DNA of 64,000 bases from NCBI GenBank assembly GCA_001795385.1, contig MGOU01000047.1, positions 1,397 through 65,396 of the forward strand, in the 5' to 3' direction. How positions within the stretch are numbered: position 1 is the stretch's first letter; each line of letters starts with the position of its first letter. Below are positions 46,278-59,200 of the stretch, in pieces. Source of the stretch: Clostridiales bacterium GWD2_32_19 (GTDB lineage: Bacteria; Bacillota; Clostridia; Lachnospirales; UBA12420). The translations under genes were made by a program, and so were the position numbers. The notes beneath the pieces were generated by a model. The model made no database searches. It saw only the letters and a list, made by a program, of their open reading frames with translations, and was not told the origin of the DNA.

Positions 46278-47420
46278 GTGAGCAACATAAAAATTGATTC
46301 AGATAAAATCAAAGATATATTTGAACAAACATTGTCTAGTATAAGTTCTAGCAAGCATCAAATGTTTGATATCGCTGAAAATGTGAGGAACGAATACGAC
46401 GCTCTCAAGAAGGAGTTTATGACTGCTCGTGAGAAATTACTCTTGGTTATGTCCGAAGTAAATATGTTTGAAGATCAAGTTAACAAAGGTCGCGAACGCC
46501 TTTGTGAAGTCAACAAAAATTATGATATTTATCCTGAAGAAGTTGTAGAACAAATATATGATAAGGTTAACAATCTAGTAATTGCGCTTGCCGAAAAAAG
46601 GGAAGAGGAAAAAAATGCTATTCAACTTAGAAATTCCCTAGAACAAAGAGTTAAGACATACTCTCAGGTTTTGGGTGATACTGAAAAATTAATATCACAA
46701 GTTAGTGTGGCTATTAATTTCCTCGACGGTAATCTAAGTTCTGTTATAAAAAATATAAATGATTTTAACGAAAAAAGTTTCTTAGGCATACAAATAATAG
46801 AAGCTCTAGAACAGGAGCGTGAAAGAGTTGCACGCGATATTCATGATGGTCCTGCCCAATCCTTTGCTAACATTTCACTCTCAATTGAGCTTATAAAAAA
46901 ACTGTTAGATGTAGATAAAGAAAAGGCTCTATATGAACTTGATCAAATGAAGCTTACTACAAAAGAAAATTTAACAGAAATGCGTAAGGTTATATATGAT
47001 TTAAAGCCTTTTGATATATCTGAACTAGGTTTAATTGATTGTATAAACCATTTGATAGAAAGCTTCCCAAAAGGTTCAAATGTAATCTTTAATTTTAAAG
47101 CACTTTCGAAAATAACATTTAAAAACGATCTTATTAATATAACTATATTTAGAATTGTGCGTGAATCCCTCAATAATATAAATAAGTATGCACATGCTAA
47201 AAATGTTGATATCATTATCGAGCAAAGCGATCAATTTTTAAACCTCAGCATATCTGATGATGGTGTTGGATTCGATCAAAATAAGGTCCGAGTTAGTAAC
47301 GAGCATGGGTTTGGACTTGCTAGTATAAAGCGACAATGTACATATTTGCAAGCTGCATTTGATATAACAACTGAACCCGGCAAAGGTACAAAGATAAAGA
47401 TACGAATGCCACTTGAGTAA
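46278..47420 (+). CDS. degS: cytoplasmic sensor histidine kinase DegS
   Basis: Colinear with Bacillus DegS as I recall it: N-terminal DegS coiled-coil domain, H-box IIEALEQERERVARDIHDGPAQ and an HATPase domain. A GTG start after GGAG is favoured over the track ATG. Confidence 0.87.
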   Translation: MSNIKIDSDKIKDIFEQTLSSISSSKHQMFDIAENVRNEYDALKKEFMTAREKLLLVMSEVNMFEDQVNKGRERLCEVNKNYDIYPEEVVEQIYDKVNNLVIALAEKREEEKNAIQLRNSLEQRVKTYSQVLGDTEKLISQVSVAINFLDGNLSSVIKNINDFNEKSFLGIQIIEALEQERERVARDIHDGPAQSFANISLSIELIKKLLDVDKEKALYELDQMKLTTKENLTEMRKVIYDLKPFDISELGLIDCINHLIESFPKGSNVIFNFKALSKITFKNDLINITIFRIVRESLNNINKYAHAKNVDIIIEQSDQFLNLSISDDGVGFDQNKVRVSNEHGFGLASIKRQCTYLQAAFDITTEPGKGTKIKIRMPLE

Positions 47421-47463
47421 TTAAAATTGCTAAATACTAGTATCTTATAGGAGCGTGAATAAC

Positions 47464-48099
47464 ATGAATAAAATTAACATAATAATTGTAGATGACCATC
47501 CTTTAATAAGGGAAGGACTCTCTAAAATACTAGGTATGGATGAAAATATAAATATCCTTGCTGAGGGAAATACTGGTGCGAAGGCTATTGAGATTATAAA
47601 GGAGCATATCCCAGATGTCGCTCTTCTGGACATAAACATGCCTGAACTTAGTGGACTAGACGCTCTACCAACTATAAAAAAACTTGGTGTTAAAACCAAA
47701 ATCCTTATGTTAACTGCCTACGATGATCATAAGCATCTAAAAGATGCAATGCAACTTGGTGCAGATGGTTATATATTGAAAGATTCCGATTACACTACCA
47801 TAATAACTGCCATCAAGGCCTTACACTCAGGTAAAAAATATATTCAACCCGAGCTCTCTTCATATCTTATCGATAAACCAATGTCTAATTTAGATATTGA
47901 TAACCTAAATAATCTGACCAAACGTGAATATGAAGTTCTCTTACTGATAGCTGATGGATTAAGCAACATTGATATAGCTGATAAATTATTCATAAGCGAA
48001 AAAACTGTAAAGAATCATATTTCAAATATATATTTAAAACTTAATATCAAAGATCGCTCTCATGCTATATTATTTGTACTAAATAACCATCTTAAATAA
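47464..48099 (+). CDS. degU: NarL/LuxR-family response regulator DegU
   Basis: REC domain IIIVDDHPLIREG...DVALLDINMP and LuxR HTH LTKREYEVLLLIADGLSNIDIADKLFISEKTVKNH. Confidence 0.88.
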   Translation: MNKINIIIVDDHPLIREGLSKILGMDENINILAEGNTGAKAIEIIKEHIPDVALLDINMPELSGLDALPTIKKLGVKTKILMLTAYDDHKHLKDAMQLGADGYILKDSDYTTIITAIKALHSGKKYIQPELSSYLIDKPMSNLDIDNLNNLTKREYEVLLLIADGLSNIDIADKLFISEKTVKNHISNIYLKLNIKDRSHAILFVLNNHLK

Positions 48100-48134
48100 A
48101 ATATCCCTGCAGCTTTTCTACAGGGATATTTTTC
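48100..48134. terminator. bidirectional terminator (degU / end of the giant-protein operon)
   Basis: ATATCCCTG-N11-CAGGGATAT with T-runs in both senses. Confidence 0.7.
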
Positions 48135-48139
48135 AGTAT

Positions 48140-49321
48140 CTATTTAATATAATCATAAATTCTATTGCATATAATAACTAATTCTGCTCTACTCAATGGT
48201 CTATTTAGCTTAAAGTCAATCTTCCTCATATTACTTTTATCCTCTAATTGACCTAATACATTTTCTCCTTTTACAATGTTTAAATTATATAATCTAACAA
48301 TATCTCTTTGTGTTAAAATATTATCATCATATTTATTATATGTGTTAATGTCTACATTTGAAACATTAGTATCAACTGCTTTATATTCCTGATGAACTAT
48401 TTCTAAAACACTTTGTATTAGTGCAAATGTTTCTTGCCTATTTATTTCCTCATCAAATCCTCTATTTAGTATTTGTTTTATACCTAACTTTAGATTCATA
48501 TTATTATTTGTTATCTCTTTAATATTTCTATAACTCTCGTATGCATAGTGTGTAGAACTTTTAGTATTTTCTTCTTCTGTCTGGGGTATTATAGTCTCAT
48601 TTTGATATCCATCTTGATTATTTGATGTATCTGAGTTTACCAAGTTTTCTAAATCAAAAACTATATTCTCAACTTCTTGTTTGACATATGCACTGTAATA
48701 ATCCCAACTAATATATCCTCCTTCATTGGCATCAAAGATATTCCCAGTTGAATTTAATAAATTTACAAATACTTCTAGTCTTTTTAATTCTTCAATAGCT
48801 AATGAAATAGACACTCCGTCATTACTATATTGATATTCTTCTCTTATATTTTTAATAGTAATAATATCATTTTTTAACCATTGTTTCATTTCATTGAATT
48901 TATTAATTTCTTCTTTTTTTATAGCATATATGTAATCTTTATTTGTTTTATTTGCAATCTGCTTTATTGTAGTTGTATTATTACCATAATACAACTTGCT
49001 TTCTAAGTATGCTATTGTTTTTTCATTATTTTCAATAAGTCTATTGCAGCATATTATCACGATACCCTCATTATTTGTTATGTTTTTTTGATATTTATTA
49101 TTTTGATTCAATACTCTATCTATTAATGTATACACCATTCCAAATGTTACTTTTTCATTTGGCCTGAATGTTCCGTCTAAATATCCATTAATTAATTGTC
49201 TTTTATTAGCTTGCGTTATCTCTTCCGTCCCCCAGTGTCCTTCAATATCATTAAACTGAGCATACGTAGTATTGCTGAAAATTATTATGATAATAATGAT
49301 TAAACTTAAGATTTTTTTCAA
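48140..49321 (-). CDS. secreted SLH-domain protein (393 aa)
   Basis: TTG start 8 nt after AGGAGG gives the signal peptide (M)KKILSLIIIIIIIFSNTTYA. SLH motif FNDIEGHWGTEEITQANKRQLINGYLDGTFRPNEKVTF and a second SLH-like module at the C-terminus. Confidence 0.75.
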   Translation of the reverse strand: MKKILSLIIIIIIIFSNTTYAQFNDIEGHWGTEEITQANKRQLINGYLDGTFRPNEKVTFGMVYTLIDRVLNQNNKYQKNITNNEGIVIICCNRLIENNEKTIAYLESKLYYGNNTTTIKQIANKTNKDYIYAIKKEEINKFNEMKQWLKNDIITIKNIREEYQYSNDGVSISLAIEELKRLEVFVNLLNSTGNIFDANEGGYISWDYYSAYVKQEVENIVFDLENLVNSDTSNNQDGYQNETIIPQTEEENTKSSTHYAYESYRNIKEITNNNMNLKLGIKQILNRGFDEEINRQETFALIQSVLEIVHQEYKAVDTNVSNVDINTYNKYDDNILTQRDIVRLYNLNIVKGENVLGQLEDKSNMRKIDFKLNRPLSRAELVIICNRIYDYIK

Positions 49322-49347
49322 TCTATATCTCCTCCTATCATATATAC

Positions 49348-51016
49348 TTATTTTGACCAAAGTATTTTATTTATCCTTGTTATGTTACCTGATCCATCTG
49401 TCGCTGTTACTGTTATTTTTATTCTTCCTACTGGTAATGCAGTTAGATTGATCTTCGTTATCATTTCTCCACCTGTTGAACCTGATGCATTCAAAAGCGA
49501 ACTATAAGCACCATCAACATACTTTTCAATTTTTACACTAAATGGTATATCCTTCAACATATTATCTTTTATTTCTAATTCTAAATCTATTCCTCCACCT
49601 ACTGCTATATATGATAAGTTTCCACTTTTTATGTTTACTTCTGGTGCTGTCGTGTCTAGCATAAAACTAACTTTGGCTACATCACTTATTCTTCCTTCTA
49701 TATCTCTTTGTCGGATAAAAATGGCTTTTAGTCCATCAACATTACCTAATACCAGTTCTTTATCAGAAAAGTATACTCCTGGTTCCCACTCTGACCATTT
49801 AACTCCATCAGTTGAATATTGTACTTCCTCTGATTGGTTTATTGTAAAATAATCTGATACCTTTACTTGAACTTGAGAAGCTTTTAGATATATATATTGT
49901 TCTCCATATACATTTCCTGTTTCTATTCCAATCGTTACTCCTTCTTCGGTTTTTGTTCCTCCTCCTATTTCTCCTGGATTAGTTAATCCTATACCTTCGT
50001 TTACTGTTGGCTTATATATTTCTTCACCAACTGTTCCTATAACATATATTTCTGCGAATGCATATCCATAATTACCTGTTTGGTCTTTTGCTCGTACATA
50101 TACAATTTTTCTTCCTGATCCACTACCTAATTCGAAATTTCGATATTGCATACTGTATTTACTAAATACATCTGTCTCATATGCTCCATCTTCCTTGTGT
50201 TGCCCTACCCATCTCTTACCATCTGTTGAAAATTGTATCTGCACTTCATCTATAGGTGTATGATCATCTACTGCCACTACTTGTATATTTACTTCATTTG
50301 TTCCATTATCTATCATTTTAGTTGTTCCACTATTTATTTTTACACTAACAGTTGGTCCCACCTTGTCATCAGCTGAGTATATAGGTTTTACAACTTCACT
50401 TTCATCATATTTCTTTTCAAGCCATATATCATTATATCCCTTGTATAGTAGCTTTATATCTATTGGATTATTTATAATTGGAAAGTGCACATCTTCTTGT
50501 CTTACTTGGTATATTAATGTTTGTAAATTATTACTACTTTCGATATCCACTAAATGAAAGTTTTTATCGTTGTCAGTTTCCTGTATAACTAACCTGTACT
50601 TTATCTTTCCTACATTTCTTATATCTTGATCTACTAAAATATTCAAACCATCCTTGCTTTCTGCAATGGAAGTTGTCATACTTTTTGGTGCATATGGATA
50701 TGTAATAATATTTACTTCTTCACTTTTTCCAGTTGTAACCACACTTTCACCTGTTATAGTATACTTGTATGTCTCATTTCCTTTTAGACTTATATCTGTA
50801 TCATTAAATGTCATGTTCCCCGCTGTTAGTGGCATTGGAGTTGTTGTAAGATCCTTCGGCTCTGTTTCCCTTTCGCCTTGTCTTAAAACTGTATATGATA
50901 CTCTCTCTGAGTTTGACGATGTATCAAATGTTACTTCATTTCTTAGTACATTCTCTTCACTATATGTTTTTCCCTTTAAATCTTGTATTAATGGCCCTGC
51001 ATCATTTATTATAAAT
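49348..51016. repeat. ~1.67-kb high-identity segment shared with 54572-56240
   Basis: The 3' ends of the two giant genes align without gaps from the stop codons up to the codons for FIINDAGP. By eye about nine of ten bases are identical. Confidence 0.85.
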
Positions 51017-54000
51017 CTCCTAGTGCTATCAGCCATATAAGACGCATTACCTGCTTTATCAATACAACGAATTCTTATTTCATATTCACCTTGGAACCCT
51101 TCAAAAAATTCAACATAATTATCTTCTACAGTAGTCCAAGAAGATAAATCATCTACTTCTTTCCATATTTCATATCCCCAAGCTTCTTTCTTTCTTATTT
51201 GATACTGTACCTCTACAGGTGCTTTATTAACTCCATCTTTTTGTGGAATATTAAAATATGCTCTGACGGGTCTATTTTCACTTATGTACCTATTATAAAT
51301 ATTAGGTTCTATTTCAATTAAATCATCTGCATCTTCTCTAGTATATATTTCACCCCATGTTGGTTTTTCAGGTGTAGTATTATCTATTATTAAAGTCCCT
51401 GCAAAAAAGTGTTCTTTCATTCCACCCCTTATGTCTTCTGCAACAATTTTAGTTAATGATTGAAAAGTCATATTTTCTGGAAAGTCTTTTACATCCCAAT
51501 TTATTTCCCATTTTTTAGGAATTACTTCATCATACATATCTAATTCCCATTCTGATATAGTTGTTGTTTTTTCACTTCCCAATACATTACCTGTTATTAT
51601 TGTATCTTCCAAATCCCTTTCCACTGTGTCACCAGAAAATTGTATCATTCTTTTTTCAGAATAAATAGAATTTTTACTATAATATGAAGTACTTATATCA
51701 TTTTCTACAGATAACTCAGGAGTAAGATTTCCTGCAGCTGTAGCCAGTCTTGCTCTAGATCCGGTAAAATTATTACCTAATGAGCCTTGTGAAGAATTCC
51801 CCCATGCCCATGCTCTTCCTTCATTATCTAGTGCCATAGCAAAATCTTCTCCCATAAATACTTGCTTTATATTATATAAAGATTCTATTTTTATAGGTGT
51901 ATTAGTTTTATAAAAATCTTCTACATTTGGATCAGCAAATAGACCATAATAATTTGTACCCGCAATATAAACATTACCCATTTCTGTAACAAATAATGTT
52001 GCATAAGTTCCACTTGATACATTTACAATCTTTTCATTGTTAAAATATTCAGGAGGTATTAAACTTGGGATATGAGAGGTGCTTGCACTAGCAGTACCGA
52101 GCCTTCCATATGTACCATTTCCTGTTACCCACAATCTCCCTAATTCATCTAAAAAATATACAGAAAAATAACCAGAAAATACGCTTTCAATTGTATGACT
52201 ATCTAGATCACTATATAATTTATTAATATAATTATTCAGCCACCATAATTTTCCATCGTTATCTACTGCATAAGTGTTATTACCACCTATACTACTTATA
52301 TCGTTATATGAAGCAATAAGTTTAAATATCGGTTCCGCATATGTGTACCAATCTAATTTGACTGCTCTAAGATTTGCAGTAGCAGAATAAGAAGTTCCAT
52401 TAGGTCTTTCACCTAAATTAGTATAATGAGGTCCCTGTCCAAACATTGTGCCTGACCAATAAATTTTGCTAGTCCATACCCTTCCATTTTTATCTAATAC
52501 AATCAATCCTCTATAAGCAACTGATATATCTTTAATATCTGAAAGGATGATTTCACCATTATTAAAACTATTAGCATCTAAACAAGGAAATGAATTTCCA
52601 TTTATGTCGTATATATTACTGTTGTATATGACAGGATATCCGTAGTTTGATATAGTATTAGTAGTTGGTATACTCCAGTTTTTACTTACCGCTTTTCCGT
52701 CTTCTGCCTTAAATGCTATTAATTGAGAATTATCAAAAGGTTGTCCGCTCATTTTTTGAGGATATCCTATCGTAGAAGGAAATGTATATGGTGCAAAATA
52801 ACTTTGTCCATTCCCTGCGTGAAAAACTGTTTTGTCACTATCCCTAAATGCATATATGTCAGAACCTTGTCCATATATTCGGTCTATATTTGATAACCCT
52901 GGGACAATTTGTGGTTTATTTATAGTAACATTAAATCCTCCACCTAGCTGCCCTCTCTTATTATTACCCGCACTCCATACCAACTGTCCTTCGGGTGTGT
53001 TTTGTACGATGACTGAAAATTGATCTCCTGATGCTACAGCTACTATATCAGTAAGAGGTTCTCCCTTTCTAGTTATTATAGTGGGCTCAGAAATAGTAAC
53101 TCCTTCTTCTAGATTTTCAATTCCAAGTTTGCCATAATCATTTTTTCCAAAAACATGTACAGTTGTTTCATCTGTAAGTTTATTTTTAGTCAATAACATT
53201 GTATAATTATTACCTAAAGTAATTTTTTCAATAGTGTAAGTATCGTAAAAACTAGAATTCACTGGAATCGGATAGATTAAAGTGTTTGAGGCTGTCCATT
53301 CCATTAATTTTCCATCTATATCTAATGCTGAGAATTTATTTGTCACATTAGAACTTGTTAATGTTTCTGTTCTAATGCCATTAGATAAATTAACTTCTAT
53401 CGGTAAAGTAGTTGAATTATTTACATATAGTTTTCCATCTTCGGTTATAACTGACCATCTTCCCCATGTTTCACTATGCGCAACCTTAACTGCGTTTTCT
53501 AAGTATTCTCGCTTTATAGTTGAAACTTGCCATTTGGAATGTTCCGACTCTACTTTAACCCTAAATTTTCTATTCGTAAACTCTTTTGAATGTAAATCTA
53601 TGGCTATATTTCTATCGGACATATTTCCTCTTTCTTCACCATAATTAGTTTTACTATCATAATGTATAATATTATTATTTTCATCAAGAACCCATAACTT
53701 TACCCAAGTTTCAGGATCAAGGTGGGTCAATGTTCTACCTAATTCTTCATCATATTCGTAATCCGTTATTTTAATATTTACTGCAAAAGAATCCGTTACA
53801 TCATCAGGAATAGTCTTTATTCCTGATGTCTCAGAACTATAGTTAAAATTATTTTTTGCCATAAAAACAGGATCCATAGGCGATTCACCGTTTGGTTTTA
53901 ATGCATAATGCCATCCACTTTCAATATCATCAATCACAAAATGCCATGGTCCAGGCCATTCTCTCTGAGGAAATTTTGTACCTGTACCTGATACTTGACT

Positions 54001-54528
54001 ATTATTTGTACCTCTAACTCTTACATATCCATATTCATCTATAAATACAGACGTTTGATGTCTAGCAGATGTTGCCATAATTTCTTCAGCTGCACCACGC
54101 AACCCAAAATCCTTAACTGCATAAGAAGATATCCACCTATTTTCATTGCTTGATATATTTGCATCTAGCCTAGCTATATTATAGAGATTAAGATTATCCT
54201 CTGTAGGAATTAGGCCAAAAATATTATCTGCACCTGCTCTAAGGTCAAATATTCCTGTTGGTCCACTTATTTTTATAAGTTCTCCTGAATTATTTGCTAA
54301 ACCTCCTGTCATTCCTAGTACATTTACTACATTACTACCAAATCCTGATAGTCCAGTATCCTCATGTAAAAAAACTACGGTTTCTCTGTTAGCTATTGCT
54401 CCAATAATTGGATTCTCTTTTAAGTCTACATCATTTCCACTTGCCAAGCTTTTATTTTGAATAGGATATGATATAAGAGAAAATAGTATTGTTAATACTA
54501 ATAAGATACTTATAACTCTTTTTTTCAT
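49348..54528 (-). CDS. giant secreted protein 1 (1726 aa): RCC1-like beta-propeller repeats plus C-terminal Ig/FN3/OmpL47-like modules
   Basis: Start set at MKKRVISILLVLTILFSL after AAGGAGGAG. RCC1 blades GKNDYGKLGIE, AGNNKRGQLGGG, GNGTYGRLGT, WGNSSQGSLGNN. C-terminal motifs QFSTDGKRWVG and QYSTDGVKWSEWEPG. Confidence 0.85.
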   Translation of the reverse strand: MKKRVISILLVLTILFSLISYPIQNKSLASGNDVDLKENPIIGAIANRETVVFLHEDTGLSGFGSNVVNVLGMTGGLANNSGELIKISGPTGIFDLRAGADNIFGLIPTEDNLNLYNIARLDANISSNENRWISSYAVKDFGLRGAAEEIMATSARHQTSVFIDEYGYVRVRGTNNSQVSGTGTKFPQREWPGPWHFVIDDIESGWHYALKPNGESPMDPVFMAKNNFNYSSETSGIKTIPDDVTDSFAVNIKITDYEYDEELGRTLTHLDPETWVKLWVLDENNNIIHYDSKTNYGEERGNMSDRNIAIDLHSKEFTNRKFRVKVESEHSKWQVSTIKREYLENAVKVAHSETWGRWSVITEDGKLYVNNSTTLPIEVNLSNGIRTETLTSSNVTNKFSALDIDGKLMEWTASNTLIYPIPVNSSFYDTYTIEKITLGNNYTMLLTKNKLTDETTVHVFGKNDYGKLGIENLEEGVTISEPTIITRKGEPLTDIVAVASGDQFSVIVQNTPEGQLVWSAGNNKRGQLGGGFNVTINKPQIVPGLSNIDRIYGQGSDIYAFRDSDKTVFHAGNGQSYFAPYTFPSTIGYPQKMSGQPFDNSQLIAFKAEDGKAVSKNWSIPTTNTISNYGYPVIYNSNIYDINGNSFPCLDANSFNNGEIILSDIKDISVAYRGLIVLDKNGRVWTSKIYWSGTMFGQGPHYTNLGERPNGTSYSATANLRAVKLDWYTYAEPIFKLIASYNDISSIGGNNTYAVDNDGKLWWLNNYINKLYSDLDSHTIESVFSGYFSVYFLDELGRLWVTGNGTYGRLGTASASTSHIPSLIPPEYFNNEKIVNVSSGTYATLFVTEMGNVYIAGTNYYGLFADPNVEDFYKTNTPIKIESLYNIKQVFMGEDFAMALDNEGRAWAWGNSSQGSLGNNFTGSRARLATAAGNLTPELSVENDISTSYYSKNSIYSEKRMIQFSGDTVERDLEDTIITGNVLGSEKTTTISEWELDMYDEVIPKKWEINWDVKDFPENMTFQSLTKIVAEDIRGGMKEHFFAGTLIIDNTTPEKPTWGEIYTREDADDLIEIEPNIYNRYISENRPVRAYFNIPQKDGVNKAPVEVQYQIRKKEAWGYEIWKEVDDLSSWTTVEDNYVEFFEGFQGEYEIRIRCIDKAGNASYMADSTRRFIINDAGPLIQDLKGKTYSEENVLRNEVTFDTSSNSERVSYTVLRQGERETEPKDLTTTPMPLTAGNMTFNDTDISLKGNETYKYTITGESVVTTGKSEEVNIITYPYAPKSMTTSIAESKDGLNILVDQDIRNVGKIKYRLVIQETDNDKNFHLVDIESSNNLQTLIYQVRQEDVHFPIINNPIDIKLLYKGYNDIWLEKKYDESEVVKPIYSADDKVGPTVSVKINSGTTKMIDNGTNEVNIQVVAVDDHTPIDEVQIQFSTDGKRWVGQHKEDGAYETDVFSKYSMQYRNFELGSGSGRKIVYVRAKDQTGNYGYAFAEIYVIGTVGEEIYKPTVNEGIGLTNPGEIGGGTKTEEGVTIGIETGNVYGEQYIYLKASQVQVKVSDYFTINQSEEVQYSTDGVKWSEWEPGVYFSDKELVLGNVDGLKAIFIRQRDIEGRISDVAKVSFMLDTTAPEVNIKSGNLSYIAVGGGIDLELEIKDNMLKDIPFSVKIEKYVDGAYSSLLNASGSTGGEMITKINLTALPVGRIKITVTATDGSGNITRINKILWSK

Positions 54529-54571
54529 TTGTAACTCCTCCTTTAACAAACTATTTCTCATACTTTACTTC

Positions 54572-56240
54572 TTATTTAGACCAAAGTATTTTATTTATCC
54601 TTGTTATGTTATCTGATCCATCTGTTGCTGTCACTGTTATTTTTATTCTTCCCACTGGTAATGCAGTTAGATTAATTTTGGTTATCATTTCTCCACCAGT
54701 TGAACCTGATGCATTCAAAAGTGTACTATAACCGCCATCAACATATTTTTCAATTTTGACACTAAATGGTATATCCTTTAGCATATTATCTTTTATTTCT
54801 AATTCTAAACCTATTTCTCCACCTACTGCTATATATGATAGGTTTCCACTTTTGATGTTTATTTCTGGTGGTGTCGTATCTAACATAAACTTAACTTTTG
54901 CTACATTACTTATCCTTTCTTCTATATTCCTCTGTCTAATAAAAATTGCTTTTAGCCCATCATTATTACCTAACATCAGTTCTTTATTAACAAAGTATAC
55001 TCCTGGTTCCCATTCTGACCATTCAACACCATCTGTTGAATATTGTACTTCTTCTGATTGGTTTATTGTAAAGTAATCAGATACCTTTACTTGAACTTGA
55101 GAAGCCTTTAGGTATATAAATTCTTCACCATATACATTACCTGTTTCTATTTCAATAGTTACCCCTTCTTCAGTTTTCGTTCCTCCTCCTATTTCTCCTG
55201 GATTAGTTAATCCTATACCTTCGTTTACTGTTGGCTGATATATTTCCACATTATTTATTCCTATCACATATACTTCTGCAAATGCATATCCGTAATTTCC
55301 TGTTTGGTCTTTTGCTCTTACATATAAAATTTTTCTTCCTGATCCTTGTCCTAGTTCAAAATTTTCATATTGCATACTGTATTTACTAAACACATCCTCA
55401 ACATATTCTCCATCTTCCTTGTGTTGCCCTACCCATCTCTTACCATCCGTTGAAAATTGTATCTGTACTTCATCTATCGGTGTATGGTCATCTACTGCCA
55501 CTACTTGTACATTTACTTTATTGGTTTCATTTTCTGCCATTCTAGTTGTTCCATTATTTATTTTCACACTAACAGTTGGTCCAATCTTGTCATCAGCTGA
55601 ATATATAGGTTTTACAACTTCACTTTCATCATATTTCTTTTCAAGCCATATATCATTATATCCCTTGTATAGCAGCTTTACATCTATTGGATTGTTTATA
55701 ATTGGAAATTTCACATCTTCTTGTCTTACTTGATATATTAATGTTTGCAAATTATTACTACTTTCTATATCCACTAAATGGAAATTTTCAGGTCTGTCAG
55801 TTTCCTGTATAACTAACCTATACTTTATATTCCCAACATTTCTTAAATCTTGATCTACTAAGATATTTAAACCATCCTTGCTTTCTGCAATCGAAGTTGT
55901 CATGCTTTTTGGCGCATATGGATAAGTAATAATATCTATTTCCTCACTCTTTCCTGTAGTTACAATGTTTTCTCCCTTTATTATATACTTATAGGTCTCG
56001 TTTCCTTTTAAACTTACATCTGTATCATTAAATGTCATTTTTCCATATGTCAAAGGTATTGGAATTGTTGTTAAATCAGCCCAAGTTGTTTCCCTTTCAC
56101 CACATCTTGAAACTGTATATGACACTCTCTCTGAATTTGATTCTGTATAAAATGTTACTTCATTTCTTAGTACATTCTCTTCACTAAATGTTTCTCCCTT
56201 TAAATCTTGTATTACTGGTCCTGCATCATTTATTATAAAT
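54572..56240. repeat. partner of the 49348-51016 high-identity segment
   Basis: See 49348-51016. The offset between copies is 5224 bp. Confidence 0.85.
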
Positions 56241-59200
56241 TTCTTAGTTTCATCTACTATATTGCTTATATTACCTGCTTCATCAACAGCTCTTATTCTT
56301 ACTTGCCATTCTCCCTCAAATCCAGAAAAGAACTCCACATAATCGTCACCTGTTGTAACCCATGTAGCTGGGTCTTCGCTCCATGGCATATATCCCCATG
56401 CTTCTTTTTTTCTTAATTGATATTGTGATTTTACTGGTGCTTTATTGTCCCCAGTTTTTTGCTGTATGTTCAAGTACATTCGTATTGAATTATCTAGACT
56501 TTTGTACTTACCATCTTCGTCCTGAATTAATTGAGTAGCCGTTTCCCCATCAACCTCATATACATCTCCCCATGTAGGTATTTCTGGAGCTTGGTTATCT
56601 ATTATAAGGTTTCCAGCAAAAAACTGTTCTATTATTCCGCCTCTAGTATCTTCTGCTTGTATTTTGGTTAATGATTGAAATTTTAGTGTTTCATCTATAT
56701 CTAATATATTAAAAGTAGCAGTCCAATTTTGAGTAACAGCCCTATCATATATGTCAGACTCAAAGCTCAGCACTTCTACTTTGTTTTCAAGTCCTAGCAC
56801 TCCCACTTTTATTGTTGTTGGCTCAAACTCCGGTTCTCTTATAGTACCATATATCTTTATGTTTTTGTTATCTTCGTATATAGAGTTTCTACTATAGTAT
56901 GTAGTTTTAAGTTCATTTTGTATAGTCATTTCAGGTAAGTCATTTCCAACCGCAGTTGATATAGTACCTCTTTCTAAGGTAAAGTTGTTACCAATAGAAC
57001 CATATGCAGCAAATCCCCATGCCCATACTGTACCATCTCTATTTACTGCTATACTATTATACTTGCTTGCCGCTACATATACTGCATCAGTTATATTTAA
57101 TACTTTTACTGGGTCATTTGAATTAATATCTGTGCCGTCACCTAATTTACCGTATGCATTATTTCCCATTGCCCATACAGACCCATCCTCTGTAACATAT
57201 AGTCTATGATCATATCCATTAGCTGCTTGCACTACATTTTGATTGCCATGCTTTGCTCTATCAATCTTAGTAGGTGTCCCACCGTTTGCCCATATCCATA
57301 AATCACCATTTTCATCAATGGCTGAAAAACCATACTCATTACCTCCGTATAACTTCACAATATTTACTTCGTTTATTGCCAATGCTGTGCTTAAATGAGT
57401 TACATATGTCGTTACTATCCATAATTTTCCATGCTTATCTAAAGCATATCCAGGTCCATTAGAGCCAGCAACTTGCGTGAATATAGGTTCTGCATATGCA
57501 CCTTCCGATATTTGTGTTGGATGTGCCCATGGAATGTAATACCCCTCAACTGTATAAATTTGATCTTGTGTTCCTGCTCCCGCACGTTCTTTAGTACCCC
57601 ACCCCCACATTCTACCCTTATCATCTATAAGAATACCTGCATAAGCAGTTGATGCTACATCCTTTACTTCTTCGAAATACTTTTGACTATGGTTGAAATG
57701 TTTTATACTGTCATTAACTCTTATTGCAGTCCATTCACCTTCTGAACCCCTACCTTGTTTGTATGTACTTCCGTGCCCATATGGTACATTATCACCCTCA
57801 GACAATAGTATTTCAGAAACTCCACTAGAAAGCACCGATTGTCTCAAGCCATATGCTGCGTTACCTTGTGACCATTCATTTATTAATTTTTGTCCTGGTA
57901 GTGGTGATGTTATTACCTTTGGATATGTTGTAATTCCACCAAAAGAATATAGATTATCGTCACTTTGTAAAACCACTTCAGGTGAGTCAAACATGAATGC
58001 CTTTTTTATACCCCTTATACCTGGCACTAATATAGGCTCCTTTATTGCTACTTCTACTCCGCCACCTAATTGTCCTTTTCCATTATGTCCTGCTGTCCAA
58101 ACTAGTTGACCTTCTTCTGTATTTTGAACAATTACAGAAAATTGATCTCCTGCAGCAACTGATTGTATATTTTTTAATATTTCCCCTTTTCTCGCAACTC
58201 TTACAGGTTGTAACATAGTACTTAAAACATCTACACTTATTGTTTCCTCTACTCCTGAACTATTTATTTCTTTATATTCTAGAGTGGTTCCAACTTGTCC
58301 AAGTCCTAGTTTTCCGTAACTATTGTCTCCCCACACCCATACATTTGTTTCATTTGTATTTATATTTTCAGATATTGCCATATAAAATCCATTTCCTGTT
58401 GAAACTTCTTTAACTTTATTATTATCATAAAAAGGCACTCCACTAACACTAGGAAAAGTAACATTTACTGGCGCACTAGTAGACCATGTCCAAACCTGTC
58501 CACTTTTATCGATACCAACATATCCTGAACTACCAGATTCCACAGTATTACTATCTATATCTACAAGTGTAGTATCTGATACTTTTTTATAATAACCCCA
58601 TCCATAATCATGAGCATATATATTTCCAGATACATCTATTATAGAACTACGTCCCGTGTTTCCACTTGTTATCAGTGTTTTTTCACCTGTTACAAAATTC
58701 CTTCTTTCTAAAACCTTCAAATCCCATTTAGTATTACTTGATGTAATTCGAACTTTATATGTACCTGGTCCTATTCCATTAGCCGCTAAATTAGAATATG
58801 CCGAGTAATTAGGATTATGCACATAGTATGGTTGCCTAGGAGAAGTATATACCACGTTATCTCCATTATTCACATCAATTACTTCTAATTTAACTAAAGT
58901 GTTTTCGTAAGTAAGCCCTTGTGCATTTGGGACCATGCTTCTATATTTAAAATCTAAAGTTATATTATCAACTGTTGATATAAAAGCCTCGGTCACTACT
59001 GTTAAGTTTGATGTTGTATTATCTTCATTTGATAAAGTATTTAGTAATACAGCCTGATCTACACTAGGTTGTATTACTGGATTCCATATTCCATATACAT
59101 ATCTGCTATATGGCCATCCAGGCCCTACACCTGTATGCGTCCAGTAGTCAGATCCAGATGATAATACTTTGTTGTTTTCATCTATATACGCGTATGTATC